Positions 26,998 through 37,193 of a stretch of DNA of 64,000 bases are shown one piece after another (position 1 is the first letter of the stretch; each line of letters opens with the position of its first letter). The translations under genes and the position numbers were made by a program. The stretch is taken from NCBI GenBank assembly GCA_017626055.1, contig JAGAJM010000023.1:17571-81570 (forward strand). The letters run 5' to 3'. The stretch is from a bacterium (GTDB lineage: Bacteria > Cyanobacteriota > Vampirovibrionia > Gastranaerophilales > Gastranaerophilaceae). The notes below the pieces were generated by a model. The model made no database searches. It was given only the letters and a program-made list of their open reading frames with translations, and was not told the DNA's origin.

Positions 26998-29604
26998 TTA
27001 TACTCTTACAGCTTTCAAATCTTCTTCAATCTTAGTTAAGATTTCATCAATTTTTGAAGCATCTTTCACACCACCTTGTGCAAAGTTTGGTCTGCCACCA
27101 CCATTTGCACCAGTGAATCTTGCAATTTCTCCAACAATTTTACCTGCGTTAACGCCTTTTTGGACAAAGTTATCAGAAACTTTAGCGATTACCATTCTTT
27201 CACTAGCAAGAACAATTACGCTATCTCCAAGCTTATTTGATAACAATTCAATACCAGCCTTAACTGCATCACCATCAAAGTTCTCAATTTTAGAGATAAA
27301 TAATTTACCACCCTCAATATCTTGAGCTCTTGAAATAAATGTTGCAAATTTACCTCTTGCTTGTTCTTCTTTGACTCTTGCAAGTTCTTTTTGTAGTTCA
27401 CGATTTTCTTCTGCTAATTTTTCAACACGTTCAACAACTTCATCAGTATGAGCTTTGAACTTAGATTCTAATTCACCCAGAACTTTTGCTTTATTATTCA
27501 AATAGCTTAAAGCGGAAGATGAAACTAAAACTTCAACACGTCTTGTTCCAGCCGCGATTGCACTTTCTGAAACAATTTTCACAAGTCTCAAATCTTTAAG
27601 TTGTCTAGCGTGAGTTCCTGCACAGAATTCTTTTGAAATACATTCACCATCTTTTTCAATCGAAACAACACGAACTTCATCGCCGTATTTCTCACCGAAC
27701 AATGCAGTTGCTCCAGTTAATTCAGCTTCTTTAATACCCATAACTTTTGTATTAACACTGTAACCTTCGCCAATCCATTTATTCATAATATTTTCAACTT
27801 TAACAATCTCATCTGATGTCATTGCTCTTGAGAATGTAAAGTCAAATCTCATTCTATTTTCTTCGACTAAAGAACCAGCTTGTTTTACTTCATCACCTAA
27901 AACTTTAATCAATGCTGATTGTAATAAGTGAGCTGATGTGTGGTGAACTCTAATTTCTTCACGACGAGCTAAATCAATAGTAGCTTTCACAACATCACCG
28001 ATTACAACTTCGCCATTCAAAAGTTCACATCTATGAACATATAAATCATTTACTTTGAAAGTCGTTAATACTTCAGCTTTCAAATTTTCAGATTCAATGA
28101 TACCACTGTCACCAACTTGACCACCACATTCAGCATAGAATGGAGTTTTATCAAGTACGATATCAACAAAACCTTCACCTTCAACTTGAGCTAAGATTTT
28201 AGCAGTAGCTTCATTTTCTGAATAACCTAGAAACTCAGTTGAACCAACTTCTTGTTCGATTTTTGCATACTTAATATCACCAGTAACAGAAATCTTAGCG
28301 GTTGCAGCTTTTGCACGTTCTTTTTGTTCTTGCATAGCAACTTTGTAACCAGCTTCATCAACTTTTAATCCATTTTCTTCAGCTATTTCACGAGTCAATT
28401 CGAATGGGAAGCCATAAGTATCATATAGTTTAAATGCACTTTCACCATCAATATCTTTTTTCGCATCGATGAATTCATCAAGCATTTTATAACCTCTATC
28501 AAGAGTTTTGCCAAATCTTTCTTCTTCTTTCTTGATAGTATCAATAACTTTTTGTTTATTAGCAACTAATTCTGGATATGCTTCACCATAGTATTGAACA
28601 ATAACATCAACCAATTTGTATAAGAATGGTAATTCCATACCTAAGATTTTTCCGTGACGTAAAGCACGACGTAAAATCATACGTAAAACATAACTTCTAC
28701 CTTCATTTCCTGGGATTACGCCATCTGAAATCAAGAAAGAAACACATCTTGCGTGGTCAGTGATAATTCTTAGAGAAATATCAGTTTTTTCAGATTTCTT
28801 GTAAGGGACACCACTCATTTCACAAACTTTATCCATAATAGGTCTTAACAAGTCTGTTTCAAAAGTTGAAGCAACGCCTTGGCACACCATTGTAATACGT
28901 TCTAAACCCATACCTGTATCAACATTTTTCTTATTAAGTGGAGATTGGTTACCTTCTTCATCTTGATATAATTCTGTAAATACCAAGTTCCAAATTTCAA
29001 CCCATCTATCACATTCACAAGTATCGATACCACAATCATCAGAACATTTGAATTGTTCACCTAAATCATAGTGAATTTCTGAACAAGGTCCACAAGAACC
29101 AGACGCCCCTGGAGGTCCCCAGAAGTTATCTTTTTTACCTTTACGTTTGATACGTTCAGCTGGAACACCAACTTCTCTCCAAATATCAAATGCTTCATCA
29201 TCAGTTTCAAAAATAGTAATCCATAGTCTATCTTTGTCTAACTTTAAAACTTCAGTTACAAATTCCCACGCCCAAGGAATAATTTCTTTTTTATAGTAAT
29301 CACCAAATGAGAAATTACCTAACATTTCAAAGAATGTATGGTGGCGAGGAGTACGACCAACATTTTCGATATCTGAATCCTTACCACCAGCACGAGCACA
29401 TTTTTGGCAAGAAGTTGCACGAGCAGGCTCATATGGGCAAGGTTGAATTTCTAAAAACATTGGTAAAAATTGCAACATGCCAGCAGTTGTCAAAAGTACA
29501 GTTGGGTTATCTGGAACCAAACTTGAACTTTCCACAACAGTGTGTTGACGTTTATTTTTAAAATAATCTAAATATAATTTTCTAATTTCGTTTCCGGTTA
29601 GCAT
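26998..29604 (-). CDS. alaS: Alanine--tRNA ligase
   Basis: 868 aa; HHTFFEMLGNFSFGDYYK, editing-domain HHTSAHLL, C-terminal DHHA1-like tail. Confidence 0.97.
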   Translation of the reverse strand: MLTGNEIRKLYLDYFKNKRQHTVVESSSLVPDNPTVLLTTAGMLQFLPMFLEIQPCPYEPARATSCQKCARAGGKDSDIENVGRTPRHHTFFEMLGNFSFGDYYKKEIIPWAWEFVTEVLKLDKDRLWITIFETDDEAFDIWREVGVPAERIKRKGKKDNFWGPPGASGSCGPCSEIHYDLGEQFKCSDDCGIDTCECDRWVEIWNLVFTELYQDEEGNQSPLNKKNVDTGMGLERITMVCQGVASTFETDLLRPIMDKVCEMSGVPYKKSEKTDISLRIITDHARCVSFLISDGVIPGNEGRSYVLRMILRRALRHGKILGMELPFLYKLVDVIVQYYGEAYPELVANKQKVIDTIKKEEERFGKTLDRGYKMLDEFIDAKKDIDGESAFKLYDTYGFPFELTREIAEENGLKVDEAGYKVAMQEQKERAKAATAKISVTGDIKYAKIEQEVGSTEFLGYSENEATAKILAQVEGEGFVDIVLDKTPFYAECGGQVGDSGIIESENLKAEVLTTFKVNDLYVHRCELLNGEVVIGDVVKATIDLARREEIRVHHTSAHLLQSALIKVLGDEVKQAGSLVEENRMRFDFTFSRAMTSDEIVKVENIMNKWIGEGYSVNTKVMGIKEAELTGATALFGEKYGDEVRVVSIEKDGECISKEFCAGTHARQLKDLRLVKIVSESAIAAGTRRVEVLVSSSALSYLNNKAKVLGELESKFKAHTDEVVERVEKLAEENRELQKELARVKEEQARGKFATFISRAQDIEGGKLFISKIENFDGDAVKAGIELLSNKLGDSVIVLASERMVIAKVSDNFVQKGVNAGKIVGEIARFTGANGGGRPNFAQGGVKDASKIDEILTKIEEDLKAVRV

Positions 29605-29701
29605 AATATTTCCTTTTCATTACTAATAAATATCTAGAAATATTATACGATAAACATACAAAACAAATTAAATATATGGCGGAATGTTAATTAGATAAAT
29701 A

Positions 29702-30886
29702 TTATTTTTTAAATCTAGCAACAAATTTATTTGCTTTTTCTAAATCATCTTTAGTTAGACACGCCATTGCTGAATCAATCACTCTTATTGCAAGTGCAAC
29801 TGTTGTATTATTCAATTCTCCTAAAATTTTCTCTTTCTGTGCAAGTTGAACTTGTTTTAAATTATCAGTAGCATTTTTTATCGCAACCCCTACACTCGAA
29901 TTTTGTACATTTTCTATAACCCTATTCAATGTAGGATTTTCTGTTTTAAATTCAACAGGCTCAGATTGCTCATTCAATTGCAAACATTTGAACTGTGGGA
30001 AATGAAGCAAAATAAATTCTGATAAGCATTTACTTTGATTTACTGGATTATTTTTATCAAAAAACCACAAAGATAAACCTTCATTTTGATTGAAATCTTT
30101 TGGTTTTCTTATAACTTTTCCCATAGTTTCTTCAGTATAATTAAATATTCCCTCGTGAGTTGTAAATAATACATTATTCAGGACTTCCATAGATGATGTT
30201 TCCCCAACAATATCTTTTAGAGGAATTGGAGTAATAAGATATCTTTGCCCAACATGTTCTCCAAACATCCCACACCAGTCATTCATTACAGAATAATTAA
30301 CTATAAATGAATAATTTAATTTCGGATTACAATCACAAACATCTAATAAATGAATACAACCAGGGGCATTAAAAGTATAAGTTTCTACTTTCTTACGATT
30401 AATGGTATATTCTTTTGCCGCTACAATTTGAGCTAATGCACCACCTAAAGATTGTCCCACAATTACAATTTTTCTTTTTGGATGTTGTTGTCTTACTGTT
30501 TTGAAAAATTTCCACGCATCATTGAATTGTTCATCAAAATTACAGGTAACTAAATTCATATCTGTCATAAAATCTTTCATTAAGGACTTTACATCGTTTT
30601 GATTTTCCCCTAACCCTGGTCTTTCTGTTCCTCTGTATGCAATTACTAATTCACCAGTAATTTTATTTTTGAATAGATTTGCCGCAAAACCTGTATTTGG
30701 ATTTTTATACGAATAGTAATCAGTAATTCCTCTTTTTGACAACAAAGAGTCAACCACTACCTCTATTTTTGAATTATTAAATACAACTTTTTTCAATTTG
30801 TAATTTTTTAATTCCAAATAATAATCTCCACCATAAGCAACTTGTGCCAATTTTAAATAATCAGGGTTAATCTTCTTCTCAAACAT
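29702..30886 (-). CDS. Class-3 lipase / alpha-beta hydrolase-like protein
   Basis: 394 aa; VIAYRGTE…; nucleophile elbow VGQSLGGALAQ (GxSxG). Confidence 0.7.
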   Translation of the reverse strand: MFEKKINPDYLKLAQVAYGGDYYLELKNYKLKKVVFNNSKIEVVVDSLLSKRGITDYYSYKNPNTGFAANLFKNKITGELVIAYRGTERPGLGENQNDVKSLMKDFMTDMNLVTCNFDEQFNDAWKFFKTVRQQHPKRKIVIVGQSLGGALAQIVAAKEYTINRKKVETYTFNAPGCIHLLDVCDCNPKLNYSFIVNYSVMNDWCGMFGEHVGQRYLITPIPLKDIVGETSSMEVLNNVLFTTHEGIFNYTEETMGKVIRKPKDFNQNEGLSLWFFDKNNPVNQSKCLSEFILLHFPQFKCLQLNEQSEPVEFKTENPTLNRVIENVQNSSVGVAIKNATDNLKQVQLAQKEKILGELNNTTVALAIRVIDSAMACLTKDDLEKANKFVARFKK

Positions 30887-30907
30887 TTTTATTCCTTCTC
30901 AAATACA

Positions 30908-31756
30908 TTATTCTTCAAGCATATATCTAGGTATTGAATCTAAGTAACAAACTTTATCAACATCCTTTGGATCTTTAGCCAATTGAGCATTTACATCTAA
31001 GTATTTACCAAAACTATACGAATAATTTCTCGCATGCTCTAGTGAACCCATATTAGCTTTGATGACCTCAATTGGTGTACCATCTTGCAAGAACTTATCC
31101 ATATCAAAAATCTTTTCAGCACCGCCACGAATTCTTGCATATACTTCCTTTAGTAAAGGAATCTTTTCGACATCAACTCCTTCATCTAAAATCGCATAAA
31201 TTTGTTCCATAAAGTCTTCTTGTCTAGTAAATTCTGGTTGACCTTTTATTGGAAAACTTTCTGCAATACGAGCAAAATCCTCAACTAAAGTCACTCCATT
31301 TTTGAAATTAGCATTAGTTTTAGGATTAACCAACAGTTCAAACTGTGCAGAATCTCTTAAAAAGAATTTTGAAGTTAATTTACCCGCTTTATTTATTACT
31401 TCCTGAGCAAAATCTAAAGCACTAGGCGATTTTCTGGCAGCAATTGGGATATGAGCCATCAATAAATCCAGAGTATTAAATGGAGGAAACTCTAACTCTT
31501 CCATCATATCTACATCTTGAAAAGAATTCGCCTTTTTCTGAGATAATTCAACAGTATCTGCAATAAGACCAAAATGTTTTGGATTCATATGATCCAATTC
31601 GGGTAAAATTTGCTTAACCTCTGGCACTCGTCTTGCCCACAAATGAATTGACTCTCTTAATTCATCTACTGTTCTTTCATCAACTGCACGCTTAAATGCA
31701 CCCATAGGCTCCCAACCTACAAATCTCATCTTTGGTGCTAATAGTTTTATAACCAT
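30908..31756 (-). CDS. Hypothetical 282-aa protein
   Basis: ORF 21 nt upstream of the lipase-like gene; start uncertain; no domain. Confidence 0.6.
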   Translation of the reverse strand: MVIKLLAPKMRFVGWEPMGAFKRAVDERTVDELRESIHLWARRVPEVKQILPELDHMNPKHFGLIADTVELSQKKANSFQDVDMMEELEFPPFNTLDLLMAHIPIAARKSPSALDFAQEVINKAGKLTSKFFLRDSAQFELLVNPKTNANFKNGVTLVEDFARIAESFPIKGQPEFTRQEDFMEQIYAILDEGVDVEKIPLLKEVYARIRGGAEKIFDMDKFLQDGTPIEVIKANMGSLEHARNYSYSFGKYLDVNAQLAKDPKDVDKVCYLDSIPRYMLEE

Positions 31757-31878
31757 ATTTAGAATTACCCCCGAATCCTTTTGTGTAAATTATAGAATGA
31801 ATAAGATAGAAAAAACCGCCAAAGTAATAAATATTAACAAACAAAACTTTTCTCAAAAATCTTGTATAATACAAAATT

Positions 31879-33117
31879 ATGGCGATTAAAAATATTATAA
31901 AAAAATACAATGAAACAAATTTAGTAGTAAAAATTACTATCGGTATTATCTTAGGTACAATTTTAGCAATTTTAGTTCCAAAACTTTCTTGGATAGAAAT
32001 GTTTGGAAACCTTTTTGTCGGTTCACTTAAAGCTATTGCTCCAATATTGGTTCTCATTTTAGTTTTAAGTTCACTTGCCCAAGGCGGCAAAAAAACTGAT
32101 GGAAGATTTAGAACTGTTGTAATTTTGTATCTTATTTCAACATTTCTAGCAGCAATCACTGCAGTTGCTATTAGCTACATTTTCCCTATTGATTTAGACT
32201 TAAATATTCCTCAGAACACATTCCAAGCCATACCTCAGGGGGTGGATGAAGTTGTCCAAAATATGTTGGTAAAAATTGTAATTAACCCTTTATCATCATT
32301 AACAGAAGGAAATTATTTAGGTATTTTATTCTGGGCAATAATCTCTGGCATTGCGCTTAAAGATATCGCAAGCGAAAATACAAAAACAATGCTACAAGAC
32401 TTAGCAAACGGCACCTCACAAATCGTAACTTGGATTATCAATTTTGCACCATTTGGGATTATGGGACTTGTTTTTAGTGCAGTTTCAACCAGCGGAATCG
32501 ATATTTTCACTCAATATGGGAAACTATTACTTTTACTTGTTGGAGCAATGTCTTTTGTCGCATTAGTAACAAATCCAATACTTGTATTTTTTGCAACAAA
32601 ACAAAATCCATACCCATTAGTTCTAAAATGCTTAAAAGAAAGTGGAATTACTGCGTTTTTTACCAGAAGTTCAGCTGCAAATATTCCAGTTAATATGAAA
32701 CTTTGTGAAAAATTAAACCTAGATAAAAAAATGTACAGTGTATCTATCCCACTTGGTGCAACTATAAATATGAGTGGTGCTGCCGTTACAATTTCAATAA
32801 TGACACTTGCCGCAGCTCACACATTAGGAATAGAAACCCCAATAACAGTTGCACTAATTTTAAGTTTACTTGCAACGTTTGGAGCCTGTGGTGCATCTGG
32901 AGTTGCTGGTGGGTCTTTGTTACTTATACCTATGGCGTGTTCACTATTTGGAATTCCAAATGATATTGCAATCCAAGTTGTCGGAGTTGGATTTATTGTT
33001 GGCGTTATTCAAGATAGTTTAGAAACCGCATTAAATTCATCAAGTGATGTTGTATTCACCGCAACTGCTGAATATTTTAAACTTAAACAACAAAGTGAAG
33101 AAATTCCAAAAATTTAA
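31879..33117 (+). CDS. sstT: Serine/threonine:Na+ symporter (DAACS family)
   Basis: 412 aa; FFTRSSAANIPVNM and the overall SstT-like multi-TM pattern. Confidence 0.8.
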   Translation: MAIKNIIKKYNETNLVVKITIGIILGTILAILVPKLSWIEMFGNLFVGSLKAIAPILVLILVLSSLAQGGKKTDGRFRTVVILYLISTFLAAITAVAISYIFPIDLDLNIPQNTFQAIPQGVDEVVQNMLVKIVINPLSSLTEGNYLGILFWAIISGIALKDIASENTKTMLQDLANGTSQIVTWIINFAPFGIMGLVFSAVSTSGIDIFTQYGKLLLLLVGAMSFVALVTNPILVFFATKQNPYPLVLKCLKESGITAFFTRSSAANIPVNMKLCEKLNLDKKMYSVSIPLGATINMSGAAVTISIMTLAAAHTLGIETPITVALILSLLATFGACGASGVAGGSLLLIPMACSLFGIPNDIAIQVVGVGFIVGVIQDSLETALNSSSDVVFTATAEYFKLKQQSEEIPKI

Positions 33118-33128
33118 TAAAAAGACAC

Positions 33129-33157
33129 TTGAAACCGCTTAAAACATACGTTATAAT
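33129..33157 (+). promoter_or_regulatory. Consensus-like sigma70 promoter TTGAAA-N17-TATAAT inside the sstT 3' spacer
   Basis: TTGAAA 33129-33134, 17-nt spacer, TATAAT 33152-33157. The only thing downstream is the terminator at 33203-33230. Confidence 0.35.
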
Positions 33158-33202
33158 ATTAATAGCAGTTAAAAATACTGTCTTTTTGTTCATTTAGAAT
33201 GG

Positions 33203-33230
33203 AAAGGGGCGAAGAGCCCCTTTTTATTTT
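33203..33230 (+). terminator. Intrinsic terminator
   Basis: GGGGC-GAAGA-GCCCC followed by TTTTTATTTT. Confidence 0.65.
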
Positions 33231-33238
33231 GTAAAAAT

Positions 33239-34045
33239 TTAATCCATCATTGATGCACTATTTTTGAAAATTTGGATTTCCGAATTCTTCTCCAATAAAG
33301 ATTTTAAAGCATCTTTAGGTAATTCAATAGGAATATTGTGTCTATCCCTTACTTCTTGAGTTAAACCATTAATGGTACGAACGCCATACATAGTTTTACC
33401 TTTATCTAAAAAGATATAAAATGCACACCTTTCATCTTCCACTGAAATTGAGGCGTATAAATTACTCAAAGTACACCAATTTGTACCAACAGACAGCGCT
33501 CTAATATCTTTTACTGTTTCTGCAGTTTTTTTAGAATCACTTGAACCTAAAAATTCAACCCAACCAGTACGATTTTCAATATCTGGGAAATACTTATTCA
33601 TTGCGGTTTCTTTTAGATATAATTCATAGTGCTTATAAAAGTTAAATTTTTCTATACCACATTTTAAACCAGCTTTAGTTTTTTGGATAGTTTTAACTAA
33701 AGCATCAAGATCTGGAAAGACCACATAAGTTGTATTCAGACGTTTTACATTTTCATAAATTAAATATTTCCAATAAATACTATTCCTATGTCTCGCTAAA
33801 TCTAATTGCTCAATACACTCTTTCCAAGGTTGTAAAACCTGTTCAATTCCAAATTTTTCGTGAGGTTTAACAAGATCTGCATACTCATCAGCAACCCAAG
33901 ATGTCAAATCATCTACTTTATTCATCTTTTCTAAAGGGGGATGATAAGTTTCACAAAACACCCGCTTAAAAGGTGTTAATTTGCTCTTTTTTAACATCCC
34001 AAAGCTAACATTATTCGAATAATAATTATTACAATCTATATACAT
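33239..34045 (-). CDS. Hypothetical 268-aa protein, leader-bearing (…NNVSFG)
   Basis: SD GGAG upstream; N-terminus MYIDCNNYYSNNVSFGMLKK. Confidence 0.65.
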   Translation of the reverse strand: MYIDCNNYYSNNVSFGMLKKSKLTPFKRVFCETYHPPLEKMNKVDDLTSWVADEYADLVKPHEKFGIEQVLQPWKECIEQLDLARHRNSIYWKYLIYENVKRLNTTYVVFPDLDALVKTIQKTKAGLKCGIEKFNFYKHYELYLKETAMNKYFPDIENRTGWVEFLGSSDSKKTAETVKDIRALSVGTNWCTLSNLYASISVEDERCAFYIFLDKGKTMYGVRTINGLTQEVRDRHNIPIELPKDALKSLLEKNSEIQIFKNSASMMD

Positions 34046-34119
34046 GAAAACTCCAAATAATTGATGTTTTCGTATTAAACCACATAAAAAAATTTTTTGC
34101 TAATTATTTTTATAATTAT

Positions 34120-35052
34120 TTATTTTACAATCAAGTACCCTAAATAAACTGCATACAACACAAGTAAAGAACAACCTTCCCATCTGGTAAGTTTTCTATC
34201 TCCACAAGTATATACAAATAGTAAAATTACAGAAATTATTGCAACAATACCATCTAAAATAAACGCAGGATCAAAACCAACAGGTTGAATTACACAAGTT
34301 AGACCCAATACAAATAAAATATTAAATATATTTGAACCGATAATATTACCAACTGCCAAATCTGGTTGTTTTTTCAATGCTGCAATTACACAAGTTACAA
34401 GTTCAGGTAAACTTGTACCGATAGCAACAATTGTTAAACCAATAATTCTATCAGAAATACTTAATCTATGAGCAATATCAATTGCAGAATTTACTGTCAA
34501 ATCACTACCATAAACCAACGCAGCTAAACCTCCAACAATGCAAATTAACATCAGCCAAGGATTCATTGGCTTTGGCAAATCTTCTTGAGGTTCATCTTTT
34601 GAGCTTTGTGCCATTTTAAATAAATAAGCAAGAAATGCCCCAAATAAAAGAAGCATAATAACACCACAAACTCTATCTAACGTCTGTAAATAATACCCTG
34701 CGCCACATAATAATAGTGTTATAAAGAACACAAACGGCATTTCATATTTTACAGAATTTTTTTGAAGTTTTAAAGCACAAATAGCAGAAGTTAAACCTAA
34801 AATCAAAAGAACATTTGCAATATTACTCCCAAAAACATTACCTATTGCAACACCAGTGATACCTTTTAAGGCAGAATTTATACTAACACTTGCCTCTGGG
34901 GCACTTGTCCCCATCGCAACAATTGTTAAACCAATAACGATTTGCGGGATTTTAAACTTCATCGCAAGAGCACTTGCACCTTTAATAAAGAAATCCGCAC
35001 CTTTTATAAGTAATACTAAACCAATAACTAAAATTAAAATACATAATAACAT
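34120..35052 (-). CDS. Ca2+/Na+ antiporter (CaCA family, YrbG-like)
   Basis: 310 aa; duplicated alpha-repeats GLTIVAMGTSAPE and GLTIVAIGTSLPE. Confidence 0.9.
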   Translation of the reverse strand: MLLCILILVIGLVLLIKGADFFIKGASALAMKFKIPQIVIGLTIVAMGTSAPEASVSINSALKGITGVAIGNVFGSNIANVLLILGLTSAICALKLQKNSVKYEMPFVFFITLLLCGAGYYLQTLDRVCGVIMLLLFGAFLAYLFKMAQSSKDEPQEDLPKPMNPWLMLICIVGGLAALVYGSDLTVNSAIDIAHRLSISDRIIGLTIVAIGTSLPELVTCVIAALKKQPDLAVGNIIGSNIFNILFVLGLTCVIQPVGFDPAFILDGIVAIISVILLFVYTCGDRKLTRWEGCSLLVLYAVYLGYLIVK

Positions 35053-35196
35053 AATTTACCTCTTCTAAATATAAATATACCATTTATATCCTAAAAAAAA
35101 TCATAAATATAATTGAAATCAATAAACACATTAACCGAAGTGACCAATGCCACTATTACTAAAAGGCTATAATCTATAACCACAAAGGAGGTAAAT

Positions 35197-35502
35197 ATGT
35201 TTTATAACGTTTTAGAAGCTAAGGATATGATTGAATTAGGTGAACAAAAATACAAGAAAGAAATTCTTTTACAAAAGGACGATAGTTGCTTTGATATCGT
35301 AGCTATTAAAAAAGAAGAAATTATGGATACCCACACCGCAGAAGCAGAAACCGCTTTGTATATGTTAGAAGGGGAAATTGAAATCCATTTTGATGCTGAA
35401 AAATTCATCGTTAAAAAAGGTGAGTTAATTATGTTTAAAAAAGACGACCAGCATAAAGTTCTGGCAAAAAAAGACAGTAAATTCTTCTTAATCAAACTAT
35501 AA
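35197..35502 (+). CDS. Cupin-fold small protein
   Basis: 101 aa; SD AAGGAGG; H…E…LEGEIEIH…GELIMF…H pattern. Confidence 0.65.
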   Translation: MFYNVLEAKDMIELGEQKYKKEILLQKDDSCFDIVAIKKEEIMDTHTAEAETALYMLEGEIEIHFDAEKFIVKKGELIMFKKDDQHKVLAKKDSKFFLIKL

Positions 35503-35518
35503 CACACGAAAAAGCTCC

Positions 35519-37090
35519 TTATTTGGAGCTTTTTGGTTCTAATAAATCACCAAATTTTTCTGTAATAAACTTTAGACGTTCTTCATTTTTACCAAACATT
35601 TTTATAAAACGCCTATAATATTTTTTAAATTCACCTCTACTACCTGCTGCGAACAACCTTGTATCTATTTGTTTCGCATATTCATATAATGCTTGCAAAC
35701 TTTTTTCGTATTCACCTTTCTCATAATAGCAATAAGCCTCAACATCTTGCATTTCTTCCATATCACTACCAGATAGTCTTGAATATATTTTCAACACATC
35801 ATCATAATTTCTCTCGTGTTTTTGCTTGTTATAATATATCGCAACCAAATAACTTAACGTAAAAGAATCAATTTCACTATCTAAATCAAACTCTTTTAAA
35901 AGCTCATTTGCCTCTTTATACTTTTTTACCCCTTGTAAAGCAAAGCATCTCATTGCCTTAAAATACAATGTGTCAGGATAAAATTCTAAAGCCTCTTCCA
36001 CTGCTTCTAACGTTTTCTTACGTTGCCCAAGTATGCCATAAGCTGATATATAATAAGCATATGCTTCTTCGTTAAAATGATCCCCGATAGATTCATATAG
36101 TTTTTTAGCTTTATTCAAATTTTTTAAAGATTTTTTAAAATCATAATAGCCAAGTGAATAAATCCCAGCTTTTACATAGTACGCATCTGGTTCATATTTA
36201 TTTAATTTTATAGCTTTATCTGTATAAGCCAAAGCTACATCATATTGACCTTTTTTATCAGCATAAATATATGCCATTCTGCAATACATGTCAGCACATT
36301 TTGCATCTCTTTTTTCAGCTAACAGAAAAGATTCCAACGCTTTGTCATAATTATCCATCAATAAATAAGCGTAGCCTTTTCGATAATAACCAGAATAATT
36401 TTCCTTATCTAAAAATATATATTTATTTGCATATTCAACAGATTTTTTATGATTACCTAATTCACCATAAGCATACGAAAATTCAAAATAAAAATCAGAT
36501 TCAGAATACCCTTTATCTTCAGCTTTTTTAAAAAACTTTATAGCATTTTCATAATCATTATTTACATAATAAATCCAGCCTTTGAAATACCAGTTGTAGC
36601 AATTTTTAGAATCTATATCAACAGCTTTTGTTGCATATTCAATAGCTTTAAGTAGATTTGATTTCCTATTATAAAGTTCTGAAATATGACGCATCATAGG
36701 TGGGTTTAAATCATATTCATTTTCTTCAGCCAAAAGATTATATTTTAAAGCATTGTCATAATCTTTTTTATCATCATACAATAACGCCATCAAACGATAA
36801 GGATATCCATATTCTTTATCAACTTTTATCGCTTTTTTAATATAATATTCAGTTAAATCATTATCTTCTTTTTCCGCATAATAAATGTACGCAATATAAG
36901 AAAACATATCTGCAGATTCGTAACCCTCTTTTTCAGCTTGAAGAAATTTTTCTAAAGCCATCAAATCTTTTTCTTGATGATAAAAATACATTCCCTCATT
37001 AAAAAGAGAATAACCTCGTTTTGAAGAACCATTATTCTTTGGTTTCTTCTTAAATTCTCTATTAAATTGGATAACTTTGTTATCTTCCAA
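35519..37090 (-). CDS. TPR-repeat protein
   Basis: 523 aa with many A..Y..A…P…Y 34-aa repeats. Confidence 0.8.
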   Translation of the reverse strand: MEDNKVIQFNREFKKKPKNNGSSKRGYSLFNEGMYFYHQEKDLMALEKFLQAEKEGYESADMFSYIAYIYYAEKEDNDLTEYYIKKAIKVDKEYGYPYRLMALLYDDKKDYDNALKYNLLAEENEYDLNPPMMRHISELYNRKSNLLKAIEYATKAVDIDSKNCYNWYFKGWIYYVNNDYENAIKFFKKAEDKGYSESDFYFEFSYAYGELGNHKKSVEYANKYIFLDKENYSGYYRKGYAYLLMDNYDKALESFLLAEKRDAKCADMYCRMAYIYADKKGQYDVALAYTDKAIKLNKYEPDAYYVKAGIYSLGYYDFKKSLKNLNKAKKLYESIGDHFNEEAYAYYISAYGILGQRKKTLEAVEEALEFYPDTLYFKAMRCFALQGVKKYKEANELLKEFDLDSEIDSFTLSYLVAIYYNKQKHERNYDDVLKIYSRLSGSDMEEMQDVEAYCYYEKGEYEKSLQALYEYAKQIDTRLFAAGSRGEFKKYYRRFIKMFGKNEERLKFITEKFGDLLEPKSSK

Positions 37091-37141
37091 CCTAAATCTC
37101 CTTTATTCTATTTTTAATGAAAATAATAAGATTTTCAAGTA

Positions 37142-37177
37142 ATAAAAAAGAGCTATGACAATTTGCCATAGCTCTTT
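37142..37177 (-). terminator. Intrinsic terminator after 37194-37994
   Basis: AAAGAGCTATG-N9-CATAGCTCTTT, with a T-run on the minus strand. Confidence 0.65.
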
Positions 37178-37193
37178 TATTCATAAAATCAAC

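Noticed and set aside
31692-32159. 155-aa minus-strand ORF overlapping the sstT start
   Set aside because: It is antisense to a clearly conserved transporter and overlaps the end of 30908-31756. No SD.
35202-35507. 101-aa minus-strand ORF exactly mirroring the cupin gene
   Set aside because: The plus-strand ORF has a strong AAGGAGG SD and a cupin-like motif. The mirror ORF has neither.
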